A stretch of DNA of 64,000 nt from the NCBI GenBank assembly GCA_010015585.1, contig ML975173.1; one strand, written 5' to 3'. Source of the DNA: Eremomyces bilateralis CBS 781.70. Lineage: Eukaryota. Below, one piece after another: positions 1-11,051 of this stretch. A model generated the notes under the pieces. The model was not told the origin of the DNA. It searched no databases and saw nothing but the letters and a program-made list of their open reading frames with translations. Position 1 is the first letter of the stretch. Every line of letters begins with the position of its first letter. A program made the translations under genes and the position numbers.

Positions 1-2419
1 TGGTGGAGAGAGGGATGAATGGGGTGGAGGCGGAGGGGCCGTGTTTGGGGAGAGAGGTGGTGGAGGCGGGGGCGCGGAGGCGGGGGATGGTTGGGGTTTT
101 GAGGGAGGGGGTGGGGATGGATTGCGTGGATGTGGTGCGGGATGCGAAGGGCGAGGTGGAAACTTGGGAGAGGCGGGAGGCGCCGAGGGAGGAGGCGGGG
201 CGGGAGGTGGAGCGGCCGAGGGGGCTTGGTTGGGGGATGGCGGAGTGGGTTGAGAAAGAGCGGGAGTAAACTGATGGAGTGGAGGACCGGTGGGGTGATG
301 GGGTTGTGTCTGGCTTGTGGTAATGCCCCACCACCGTATCATTCATGTTGGTGCTGGTGTTCCATTTCGGTCGGGATGGATTCGTGTTCGCTTCACTGGT
401 GGACCGGAACGTTCGGGCGGGGGTGGGTGTGTTAGTGAACGCGTAGCGGGATGATGCAGGGGAAGGGGATCGAGCGGACTCGGCGTCGGAAATGGCGGAG
501 CGGGAGAAGGCGGATTTACGAGTGATGCTGCTGGAGAGGGCAGTCGGAATGCCGGACAAGCGGCGGTTGAAGGTTGTTTGAGTCTTGGTGCTACTGGCGA
601 AGCTGTTTTGCCGAGACTTTTGCCCATGGGGTGTCGTGGTGCCTTGATCGCTATCCTTGCGGCTCATGAGAACAATGGACGATGCGGGCGAGCTGCCCGG
701 CGTGTCCCAGGTGCTGCTTGTGACGGAACGGTCGGTGAGGATGGTGGAGATGGAGTCGCGAAGGGCTTGGCCACGGTTCATGTTGAGTTCTTCCAAGACG
801 AATTCCATTGCCTTCATCTCGCTTTCGAGCTCGCTCCATCGACGTCTCATATCGGCTTGAAGCCGGAGGATCTCTCCATTGACCGTCAATCGGTCTTTGA
901 CGCCCCGGTCGATGATGGTGAGGACTCGCTCGATAGCCGGACCATAATGGGTCTTCTTCGCCTCGTAGTTCTCGATCTTCTTCGCGGCCGACTGTTGATT
1001 GGTATGCTGGACTCCTTCGTCCAGCGCTTCTCTCAGCTTGATCAGACTCCGGGAGACGCTCTCGCACATCTTGAAGGCTTGTCGCCCCGCATTCCGGAAC
1101 ACCAACACCCAGCGATCTTCGCCCAATTCCCTCCGCAAGGTCTCGGCATCCGACTCCAACTTCTTCCATTGTTCTTCCAGCTGCTCCTTCCGTTTGTCAA
1201 GGTCCTCGCATCCCGTGGGAAAGAGGTCGTTCGCTCGTTGCTGGAAGACGGAGAGTCGCATCGGCAGGAAATCCAGCGACGCGCGGAGTGGTTGCATCCG
1301 TGCGAAGAGTGCCAGGAGATTCGAATCGTCTTGCGCTTTCTGAACGGCGGGAGAAGCGGCAGAAGGGCTCATTCCCATTCCAGGTTCCACACTATCTCGG
1401 GCGCGTGAAACAGATCGGGCTTGTCGGCTTGGCGCTTCCTCGACGATGGTCTCCAATTCTCCGATATCGATGCTATTGCTTGGATCGCTCATCGCCTCCA
1501 GCATAGCGGTGCGATGTCTTCTCTCCTCCATCTCAAAGACCAGTCGTCCCAGCGCTGTCAGCTCCAACCCGATCTCTCCCAGTACGGTGTTCCACAGCTC
1601 TTCCCATTCCATGGCAATCTCCACCTGTTCCTTGACATCTCCTAACGTGTGCTTGATCTTTTGCCAGTCGCTCATAATCCCATCCATCTGCTCCACCAGT
1701 GCGTGTAGTTTCTCGGGACCCAGACTTGAAATGTCTTTCCGCAATTGTAGTTGATCGATTGCGATGACGTATACTTCCACCAGGCTTTCAAACCGGTTGA
1801 TGGCCACATCCACCTCTCCCAGTCCTTCCCGTCCGGCCGCCGCCGCCCATTCGACATCATCCTCCGCATCCAGTCCGTCCAGCACCTCCGACGCCTTGTT
1901 CATCCAGCGCTTGATCTGATCCGCCGCTTCGTCGAGGGTGTTCGCCGCGGCGACCGATGAAGGGATGGCGGCGATGCTCGACGACAGTGACGATGCCTGG
2001 GGGAGTCGTATTGATGTCAACTGGGATATCTGATTCGTGAAGGACGCCCGGGAGAGAGTGTACATCGACCCGACCCGTGACAGGCCATATGGATTGAAAA
2101 AGGAGACCGCGTCCTCCCCACTCTCCGCGTTCCCGTTGCCCGCTGCCGCGCCCGCCATTGTCGGGAAATACCCATCCCCATATTCATCCTTCGGCGGAGG
2201 TGTGGGCGCCATTCCGGGCGTGGAGTCGGCGGAAAAGTCAACCCGGGAACCACCACGCGACTTGGCTTCTTCGGGGAGGCGATACTTTAAAGTGTCGTGC
2301 ATCGGATCGGGGTCGACATGGCGCTCGCTCGGGGAGGGCGAAGAGTCGTAGATACCTGGGCGAGAGCTGGTGCTGATGATGGATGAGAGTTCGCTGTCAG
2401 ACTGGGGTGAGGGGTCCAT
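1..2419 (-). CDS. KAR9: Karyogamy/spindle-positioning protein KAR9-like (3' end runs off the window)
   Basis: Hand translation from ATG 2419 (MDPSPQSDSELSS...) stays in one frame to the edge, so it is missing from the ORF track. It has a coiled-coil core (LLALFARMQPLRASLDFLPMRL, ELGEDRWVLVFRNAGRQA, IIDRGVKDRLTVNGEILRLQ) and a Ser/Pro-rich tail with RPKWNTSTN, as in Pezizomycotina KAR9-domain proteins. Confidence 0.8.
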   Translation of the reverse strand, partial: MDPSPQSDSELSSIISTSSRPGIYDSSPSPSERHVDPDPMHDTLKYRLPEEAKSRGGSRVDFSADSTPGMAPTPPPKDEYGDGYFPTMAGAAAGNGNAESGEDAVSFFNPYGLSRVGSMYTLSRASFTNQISQLTSIRLPQASSLSSSIAAIPSSVAAANTLDEAADQIKRWMNKASEVLDGLDAEDDVEWAAAAGREGLGEVDVAINRFESLVEVYVIAIDQLQLRKDISSLGPEKLHALVEQMDGIMSDWQKIKHTLGDVKEQVEIAMEWEELWNTVLGEIGLELTALGRLVFEMEERRHRTAMLEAMSDPSNSIDIGELETIVEEAPSRQARSVSRARDSVEPGMGMSPSAASPAVQKAQDDSNLLALFARMQPLRASLDFLPMRLSVFQQRANDLFPTGCEDLDKRKEQLEEQWKKLESDAETLRRELGEDRWVLVFRNAGRQAFKMCESVSRSLIKLREALDEGVQHTNQQSAAKKIENYEAKKTHYGPAIERVLTIIDRGVKDRLTVNGEILRLQADMRRRWSELESEMKAMEFVLEELNMNRGQALRDSISTILTDRSVTSSTWDTPGSSPASSIVLMSRKDSDQGTTTPHGQKSRQNSFASSTKTQTTFNRRLSGIPTALSSSITRKSAFSRSAISDAESARSPSPASSRYAFTNTPTPARTFRSTSEANTNPSRPKWNTSTNMNDTVVGHYHKPDTTPSPHRSSTPSVYSRSFSTHSAIPQPSPLGRSTSRPASSLGASRLSQVSTSPFASRTTSTQSIPTPSLKTPTIPRLRAPASTTSLPKHGPSASTPFIPLST

Positions 2420-2897
2420 GCCAGGAACAGCACGAAGAGAAGGCCAGGACTGGATCGGGGACGAGAGTGAACCGTAGAAGTGAATAATCTCGGGGCAATT
2501 TGTTTCGATTTAAGGGTCCTAACTCCGCCGAGTCGTGTTTAATGAGGGCGGATCTGGCCGTGAGGTCACCTGGAACCTATGGGCTGGCAATACCAAGCTG
2601 AGGATACACCCGATTCTCGCAGAAGTGGTGTGAACGGTTTGGCTTGAGGTCAGGACGGTCTTCTGCATATGCCCGATGGAGTCTGCAAGACCATGGAGTG
2701 ACTTGTCGGAGTGTCGGAGAATTCACAGGGCTTCAGATTATAGGGAACAGTCGGGCTGGTGCGGTTTGATCTTAATGAGAGGGTGAGAGGCGTGTGCCAG
2801 TGGTGGCTTGGGGAGTGACAGGCAGCGGAGACTGTTTGGTGACAAGGGGTGTGGAGTGTGGAGTGTGGAGCGTGGACAAATCCTTCCAACGTCCCTG

Positions 2898-3156
2898 ACG
2901 CGTTTGATGAATTAGAGATGGATCAGTCGGATGAATTTTTGGAATATCAGGACGGCATTGATAGGAGTGAGAAGTGAAAGAAGGGTCGGAGAAAAGGATG
3001 TAGAAAATCGATGAGAGGTGAATCCGAGAACCAAATGTTAGGCAACGCGTGTGTTTCCTACAGAGTCTACTACTAATGTTTCATGCAGCCCACCAGCTGT
3101 CAGTCTGGCCGTTAGTCTGCTAATAACTAATTACGGACGGGATGTAAACACGCGAA
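2898..3156. promoter_or_regulatory. Candidate cell-cycle promoter elements (MCB and forkhead) upstream of the KAR9-like gene
   Basis: ACGCGT at 2898-2903 and 3045-3050; GTAAACA at 3144-3150 directly followed by CGCGAA. Confidence 0.35.
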
Positions 3157-3664
3157 TAATTAGTGGCTTGACCCGTAAAGTCCATCGACGTCACACGACA
3201 GGAATCACAGTTCGGAATGTCAACAAATAAATACTTGCTCTGGTCCTAGAAATTCGACGACGTATCCGTCTACAACAACGTGGAAGGCAGTTCAGAGAAT
3301 ACGATTACTAAAATCTGTGGATGGCACTCACCATTGACTACCCAGATCACAATGGTTTGGAAATAGGTTGGGAGTTGACTCAGTACAGTCATAGATAGTC
3401 CTGAAGTAGTGGACGCACAATTGTGCAGGTTGGAACAATCCAATCCAATAAATCTGAACACCACGCAGATCAATTATACAAATTTCGAGATTCACGTGAA
3501 GTACACCGTCCTAGCGAACACGGAATTCTCCTTGTACAATTTGGATACTACTAATAAGGGTATCATAAGAACAACATGAGTGGTGCTGTTTCGACGAACA
3601 GTCCAGGATGAATCTCTCATCGAAGAGACAGGTAGTATGCACATCTCCAAAGACACGTAAAATG

Positions 3665-5275
3665 TTACACGGCTTCTTCTTGTGGAACATCGGGTAAGTC
3701 CTTCTCAACCTTCACCATCGGTGCTCTCTTCTGCGCTGCCCTATCCTTCTCCTCCCATTCCATCGTGATCTCCGCCCGCACCGCACGACACCACTTCATC
3801 AACGCATCATCGAACTGCCTCCACGCCGCCGGGTTGCTATTCTGCACCACATCCAGCGCGTTGAACTCCAACTTCGCCTCCCACCGCAACTCCGCCGCCT
3901 TGCGCCAGTACTTCAGGTTGTCCGCGCATCGATACGGCTTGTTAGTGTCCGTGTGATACGTCTTGATCTCCTCGAAGTGCCGTTTCGATTTCTGCACCAG
4001 CGCGTTGTGCAGCCGTACCAGGCGCACCCCGTCCTGGACTGCCCGGAGAAAGGGCGTCGGCAGCGCGTCCGCGGTCGCGGGGTCGGTCCAGACGGGTAAC
4101 TCTTCGGTTGCGGGGTCGAAGGAGCGGATGAAATGCCATTCGCGATCGCGTTCGCGGCCCGTCCAGTCGCCGTGCCGCCACTTCCAGCCATCGCGCTCTT
4201 CTTGATCGCGTCGCTCTTGGGCGAGCTCTTGGTCGAGCATGTCAGCGACGGTGCCGATCCACGTTTGCATCGCCGCGACTTCCAGGATGCGGATCCCACC
4301 GGCGAAGTTCCGTGCCGCCATGCGCTTCAGCACGTCCAAGACCTGGTACAATTCCCCGCGGATTTCCCGCTCTGATTTGATCGCGTACAGTTTCTGGGGG
4401 TGTTCGTGTAAGGTGTAGTAGTTCTTTCCGGCCCGGATGGCCAACGTCATCACATCCAGCACATGCAGTCCTTGGATCTCTTGCCAGCCGGGTGCGTCGG
4501 CCGACGAGGCGCGTTGCCCTGCCGTGGTGGATCCGGACGGGGTATCCAGGAGATCTCCCACGCTCTGGTGCTTCGTGCTCGTCTCGCTGATGATATCTTC
4601 GAGTACCTTGCTGGATTCGTCCAGCGCGTCCGTCAGTTCCCGACGGAGCATCGGTAGCCCCGGCGGTGACTCGACGTATACTTGCCGATAGTTGTACGTG
4701 CTGACAGTCGGAGGTAACATCATGGGCTCCTGTTGGGTATCCAGCTCGCTCGAGCCCTCGTCAAACCCCTGTGGCTCGTCGTGAATGACACCGCTTCCCA
4801 TACTTCCATCATGCCATTCGGGATGGCCACTCGGGCTATACTTGTCGGAGGACTCGGACAACATCGATCCGTACCCTTCGCCCTCTCCGACGCCTCCCCC
4901 ATTCTCTCTCCCAGCCATGACCCCACTGCCAGGCAACCCCTTCCTCGACTTCGCCAACTGCGCCCCCTTGCCATCCAACAATCCCGTCCGCGCGAAATAG
5001 TATTGCAGATGCGCAATCGACCCTAAACTCATCACGCTCTCCCGATTCTTAGCGGATTCGGCAAAGTTGGTCGCTTGGGGGCGCATGTAGCCGCGGCGTC
5101 GGAGGCTGGCTGCGACATCGGACGTGCGGGAGGTCGAAGAATGCGCGGAGACGCTGGAGGCGGATGAGGCGGTGGAGATGGAGCGGTCGAGGCGGGGGAT
5201 GGCCGAGAGAGGGAGGACGGGAGACGCGGAGGGTGAGGGTGAAGAGCCGCGTGGGATGGGATCGTCAGAGGCCAT
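3665..5275 (-). CDS. Conserved fungal protein, probable C-terminal calponin-homology-like domain
   Basis: 570-aa intronless ORF with likely start MASDD at 5275. Conserved blocks SVMSLGSIAHLQYYFARTGLLDGKG and QDGVRLVRLHNALV...KPYRCADNLKYWRKAAELRWE. Confidence 0.75.
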   Translation of the reverse strand: MASDDPIPRGSSPSPSASPVLPLSAIPRLDRSISTASSASSVSAHSSTSRTSDVAASLRRRGYMRPQATNFAESAKNRESVMSLGSIAHLQYYFARTGLLDGKGAQLAKSRKGLPGSGVMAGRENGGGVGEGEGYGSMLSESSDKYSPSGHPEWHDGSMGSGVIHDEPQGFDEGSSELDTQQEPMMLPPTVSTYNYRQVYVESPPGLPMLRRELTDALDESSKVLEDIISETSTKHQSVGDLLDTPSGSTTAGQRASSADAPGWQEIQGLHVLDVMTLAIRAGKNYYTLHEHPQKLYAIKSEREIRGELYQVLDVLKRMAARNFAGGIRILEVAAMQTWIGTVADMLDQELAQERRDQEERDGWKWRHGDWTGRERDREWHFIRSFDPATEELPVWTDPATADALPTPFLRAVQDGVRLVRLHNALVQKSKRHFEEIKTYHTDTNKPYRCADNLKYWRKAAELRWEAKLEFNALDVVQNSNPAAWRQFDDALMKWCRAVRAEITMEWEEKDRAAQKRAPMVKVEKDLPDVPQEEAV

Positions 5276-6278
5276 GTTGAGGTGAGGAGGGGTCATGCCG
5301 ACATGAGGATGATGGTAGGGTATCGATGAGAATTTCAAGAGTGTGATATCGAAGGATCGGTGCAATTTAGAAAGCAAGACAACTGCGCTGGCCGGTTTGC
5401 TGAATAATTACCATCACAAGAACAAAGGTCGAAGGGTTCCAAAGAAGGACAGATTATGTATTAAAAGAGTGTATGTTCGAGTAACCGCACGCATGCACAA
5501 GAGAAGGGGAGGCCTTTTCGAAGGGCGAAAGGGATGTGGAAGGGAAACAGGAAAAGGGTATGTAGGTAGGTAAGGTACCGATGAGGATTGGGATGTAATA
5601 ATGCTGGAGTGATGCGTCAAAGGGGGGGTCTCCGCTCAATCTTCACGATTCACGCGTCGCAGGGGATAAGAACCGTGGAAACTGGGAATAAAGAGTCAAG
5701 AGAAAAAGACCGACACACTCTAGCCGGCCCGCCTGCCGCCTCCCGAACCGCTGGTCTTTGCAAACGATCTAGTGTCGATCAGAGTTCAGATCACTTGCAG
5801 AGTGCACAGCGCAGAGGGTAGATTGTCCGTCTGTCGACGTCCAGGTATATCCGACGGGTCCTTTGCAGAACTTCAATGCAGCGATGGCGAGCAGGGAAAT
5901 GTTGAGCCTTCCCACACCGTGAAGCCGTGAGGGAGGCGTTTGTTTACGTGCTCGAATTGTCTTAGATTACCCGAAAAGGCCGAAATTGAAGGGAATGGGG
6001 AAAGGGGAAGACGATGTTCAAGGCGAATGAAAGTTGGGTCATCTGCCGAGCTAGCCAATTTGGGAGTCTTGATTAAATTGCTTTCTGCTGTCATTTGAAG
6101 TCGTCCAATTCTTCTTGTCGACGATCCATATATATACAACTATCAAGGTAATATTTAAATCAGCCGCTGCATGTAATTCAATATGTCCCGTCCATCCAAG
6201 AATTTATGACTGTGCCTCTTCCTTGGGTGGACGTGTATAGTTCCGATGTAGCATGCCCCATCATTACACCCCATTTGG

Positions 6279-7374
6279 CTATGGCAAGCAGGTCAAGATA
6301 CCCTTCACCTTATCTAGAACCGTCTGCTGCCGAGCCCGGTCCACCGTGCTCTTGTCATCCGCATCCCCTACCGAAATCGTAGCATAGCATCCATCGGTGC
6401 GTAACACGGTTGACAGTTCCTGCGGTAGCCGATCCGTTCCGCACCACTCCACGTCCCGCTCCGAGAAAACCCCCGGGTTGATCCGCGTGAAGATGAACTG
6501 GAAGTCCTCCAGCTTCTCGCATCGTCCGTCGCCGACTGTGGGGAAGTTGACGTTGAGCCATGCGCCGTCGGGGAGATAGGGCGTACCGGACGCCAATACC
6601 GTGTTAGTGACGTTCAGCGCCAGGTCCGCATACAGTTGGCTATAGAGGGGAGTCGGTTCGGTGAACGATGTCGGGTCGCCCGACGCGCCCGAGAAAGCGA
6701 TGCCGGGGATTTTATGTTCGTTGACGCTGTAGACGACCGCGCCGATGGTGCCGGAGAACTGGACCCCGATGAAGATGTTGGAGCCCACGTTGGGACCGGC
6801 GACAGCGAGCTCGGGCCGCAACCCACCGAAGAACTGGGACGCCACCGTGTTGATGCCGTGCTTCATGGAGGTGACGGGGTAGGAGTTGACCCAGTTGAGG
6901 CGGCCGTCGTTCGGGTCGGACCCTGTGGGACCGCTGTTTGCCGGGCAACTGTCATGTTGGCATGATTCGGTTCTATCCGTGGGTGGAGAGTCGAGAGAGC
7001 CTTGGATATAGTTAGGGATCGGTATCAAACACACGCAAATTCATGGGTTACTGGATCGACATGGCAAGGGGTAACGATCTGTATAGGAACATGATATACA
7101 GTATGTAGAACAGTATGTAGCATCAACCAAGCCAGAAACCACCAATGCCACGTCCAGGCTCTTTCTTCTTGCAGACCTGGAAATAGGACTTACCCCTCCC
7201 TGATTGATTCTCCGCAGGCCCGGACAAGACTACATCATGTCCCGCGGCCTTCAGCACAGTATGGAGCGTCCGCAGGTTGACTTCTGCCCAACCATCATCG
7301 TTGGATTGCACGATTCTCACAGCCTGAACGGATAGCAGAAGCGGCAACAAGCTCGACAGGACTTGGAACTTCAT
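6279..7374 (-). CDS. Secreted SurE-like 5'/3'-nucleotidase / acid phosphatase (2 exons; intron 7001-7193)
   Basis: Signal peptide MKFQVLSSLLPLLLSVQA; SurE motifs SNDDGW, PAENQSG, AGPNVGSN, SGTIGA and LNVNFP. GTAAGT donor and CTAAC...AAG acceptor join the exons in frame. Confidence 0.9.
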
Positions 7375-8370
7375 CTTGCAGGCTCGAGCAAACTCGAGTA
7401 AACGAATGAAGATTGCGCAAGACGAAAAACAAACCAAAAGAAGGAATGGGCGGTGGTAGAGGTTCGTGATGGATCTTAATACTGTGGTCGATTCCACAAG
7501 CGTTTCAATCGCTTTATATTACACTCCTTTCCACCGCTCAACTTCCCCTCATCTCCCCAAGACCCTACAATTTCTAGTTTCGTATCTCTTAGCCTTGCCA
7601 ATAAGCTGGAACGTGTACTGGGCACTGGAGCTCCTACCTATAACATCGACTTCTCGGCATTCATTGTGGATGAATAGATTTAGCGCGACGACCATAGCAA
7701 AGCTTGAGCCGACCTGGCGGCATCATTGGTTGGCAAGAAAAACAAGTGTTGGCCATGGCGGCGGTTTCAAACCCGTTCAAGAGGACGAGTGCCTGGCGCG
7801 GACGCAGGCAGTGTTGTGCCTGGCGGACGTGATTGGGGAATGGCGCGTAGGCGTCTTAGAAACAGAGAGGATTTTCTGGGCTTGTGACAAGTTGAACACC
7901 TCGTCTCTTGGCAACGAGGGCAGAAACATGCCTTGATCAACATATCTCAAACATTATAACAGACAATGGTTTGGATACTTCGCATGGTTATTCCGCCATC
8001 ATGAATGGTATCGGCTGCGTAGAATAGTTACCGACAGGTCTAGAAGAGTGGGAAATGCTTAGGCGGGAGGTTGGTTCAATTCGGCCCTCTCACCAATGTC
8101 GTCACACCTCGTGACCCGCTCTCCGTTGATATCAACATCGGCGAGACGACGACACCTCTGCACTGGCCTCCCTGAAACAGGAACGTGTACCGGCAGAGGA
8201 GTCGACGAGCTTGAAACGTTCAATTGAAACTGTAATACCAGCCAACATTGGATGTGGCCGCTAGAGAACGGCAATCCTATTTTGAAGTGCGCAGTCTATG
8301 ACGGAACATCGACATTCGTACTCAGAAGACGTACAGGTTGAGGTGAGAAGAGAAGATCTCGGGATCCAGC

Positions 8371-8927
8371 ATGAGTAGACGAGTGCGTGTCGATATAAAA
8401 TCAAAAGAAAAGAGCAGGATAACTGATGGATTCAAGATTTCGTTCATCGTTACCGGGAGGGTACAAGGAGTGTGCTTCAGGTCGGTCATTCATCTTCCAT
8501 GCGGAGGGCAACCATATCCGACACACAAGATGCTAACATGTCGCCAGAGCCTCCACAGTCGACAGTGCCAAAGGCCTCGGGCTCACTGGGTTCGTCAAGA
8601 ATGCTAGAGATGGTAGTGTACGTCCTGCTGCCCTCGCTTTCATATGCCCTGATGCTATCCGTTACGCGGATAGTCGCGATAACCGTTCGTCCCATCGCGC
8701 AACGTTGGATGACCCTTTTAAAACCACCTCCAACGACAGTCTCTGAGAACTGACCCCTGATGCACCACGAGCAGGTTACCGGCGAAGCACAAGGTCCTGA
8801 AGGGAAAGTCCAGGAATTCGTCGAGTTCCTGCAAACGGGTCCCCCTGCGGCACGAGTGGAGAATGTGAGGCACGAAGCTATCGACGCCCGGCCGGATGAG
8901 AATGAGTTTTCTCATGCACGGCACTGA
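8371..8927 (+). CDS. Acylphosphatase (4 exons; introns 8383-8436, 8481-8548, 8618-8774)
   Basis: Spliced product [49 protein letters not shown]...FLQTGPPAARV. GxVQGVxFR and GFVKN are acylphosphatase signatures; canonical splice sites. Confidence 0.9.
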
Positions 8928-9763
8928 TCCTAGATCACGGGGGACGATTTGAAGGGGTGGTTGGACGACGGTGATGGCGTCGCGTAGTGACGATGTGGTG
9001 CCCGGCGCCAGATGATGTACGATACGTAGAAAGCATACAAATGTCATTGCTTCGAATTTATTCCCGTACTTTGAGGGGTTGATGCATTGGTCTTGTTTGT
9101 CTCTCTGCTCTACCTCTTAGGGTGATGTAAGTTATCCACCAGCTTTTGATCTACCAGCAGTCCTAATCAAATGCTAGAATCACTTAGCCACTACAATATT
9201 TGTCGCGTTGCCCCATTCATCTCCGCAACGGCTTTCCTTGCTCCGGAATTCGTGTTGACACACGATCCAACCGCACTCAGCGACATGTGGTCCGAATTCA
9301 CCTCCCATCCACACATGCACAATATCATTCCCCGACCGCCAATCCAATCAATAAACTCGGGCGTTTAGCTTAGATATAAAACGTACCGGACCACCTAGAA
9401 AGTAGTTCTTCTAAGGAGACGTAGTCCATGATGGTTCTTCGGAACCGGGCCCCTTAACTGGACTTGATCAAATCCTTGCGTTCACCAGACTGGTTCTTTT
9501 AGGCGTTTTAATTGTTTTTTCTGGCATCGAGAACCGTGTGTGGGCCTTCTATGGTAGCTCTTGTGGATTTATCCCTCGCCGTCGTGGAAGATTAGCGTGA
9601 TGTTGACATTGCTGATCGTGGAGTCTCGGTGTGGACTCGAGGTCTACCTGGACACATCGCACCTCACCTCACCTAAGCCTCGCTCATGACAACACTTATC
9701 TCTATTCGTATGGGTATCATTATTGCTAAGTAATTGCTGAATGAATCAGGATTCGTCAAGCTG

Positions 9764-11051
9764 CTATACCTCCATCTCACCACTGCCTTCAGCCTGTTGA
9801 GCCCCTGACTCTGCTGGAGCATCTGCACCACCTGTTCTTGTAGATGAGGGTCCTTCATCTTTCTTGTTTCCATCGGTAACTGTGAGCGGATCCTGAAGGG
9901 TGGCAGGCTCCACCCACATAGCGTCGACGCGCCTCTTCCATCTTCTTCTCCGCTTTCCTGGCTGCTCAGTCTCCGTTCCATGATTGGCATCCTCTCCCTC
10001 TGGTGATCCACTGGCATCGTCAACGTCATGCATGTCCATATCCGTGTTCGCGGCTACTCCGGCGTCTTCTCCAGTGCCACCGACGACAGTAGCTGATTCC
10101 GCCGTATCCGCCGCTATCGGAATTTCCGCGCCGGGAGGAGGAATTGCTGTCAGCTTCGTCACCTTGACTTCATCCTCTTCCCCTTTCTTTGCCTTCAGCT
10201 CGCTTAATCTCTCTAAGAATCGTGCTTGCGCCATTCGCTCTTTGGAAGCCCCGGTTTCCAGTATGATCCGCTTCCCTCGCCCTGCCGGTGCCATTGGCGG
10301 CCCGTCAGCCGCACTGCCCTCAATTGCTGGTAAAGACGGCTCCCGGGGAAGCTCAGTAGGAGGGGGAGGAGGCTCATAATCAGGCTGCTTCCGCTTCAGC
10401 TTTGCATTTGAAGCGCGTAGTCGAGCGGTGCCGACGCCGAGGAGGTCGTAGTTCTGCATGGATCGGAGGGGACGTGACTCCTTGTCCGCCGGCGAAGGGA
10501 GTCCATTCGACTCGGTTTCGAGGTCGATAGAGGTAGATTCCAGCTCTGTCGTGGCGCTGCTGGATTTGCTGAAGAAGAGATGGCCGCCGATGGGTCGGGT
10601 CCATTGCGTGGTGAAGTAGGAACCCCGGAAATAAAGGATTGGGTTTGAGGAGGCCAGGGCAAGAATCTGGATGGACTCGTTTGCTTGAGATGTCTCAGGA
10701 CCCGCGGATAGAGCCACGCCCGACTCGTCGGAGGATCCATCGGAGGAACTTGAGCGGAGGCTAGATGGAGTCGACCGGAGATCATCGTCCTTGGGTTTGT
10801 GCTGGGAGAGGCTCGCATTTTGAACTACACCAGGAGCTATCCCGCTAGGTGGAGGTGGAGGAACAGTGGCGGAACTGAAATCGATAGAAACGTGAAATGT
10901 CTAGAGGCATTAGACCAGAGGACTGGAATGTTGATCGTTGCCTCACTTCTTTGTCGTTTTCATCATATTCATATTCCCAGTCCGAGCCCTCATTTTCATC
11001 GTCGTGTCCATTGCTGTGGACCTCTAGGTCATGTTTCACTGCCGCTGCCAT
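9764..11051 (-). CDS. Transcription factor TFIIIC triple-barrel-domain subunit (GTF3C6/Tfc7-like); intron 10901-10946
   Basis: Acidic N-terminus (SDWEYEYDE) splices in frame to exon 2 containing IQILALASSNPILYFRGSYFTTQWTRPIGGHLFF, which resembles the TFIIIC_sub6 motif. Confidence 0.7.

Noticed and set aside
578..1408. 276-aa plus-strand ORF, and the many other overlapping ORFs in the track
   Set aside because: Antisense or alternative-frame shadows of real GC-rich genes (here the KAR9-like CDS), with no motifs of their own.
8645..8745. Hammerhead ribozyme or stwintron reading of the acylphosphatase intron
   Set aside because: It has CTGATGC rather than CUGANGA and no GAAA core; excising any internal GT-AG unit does not rebuild a donor.
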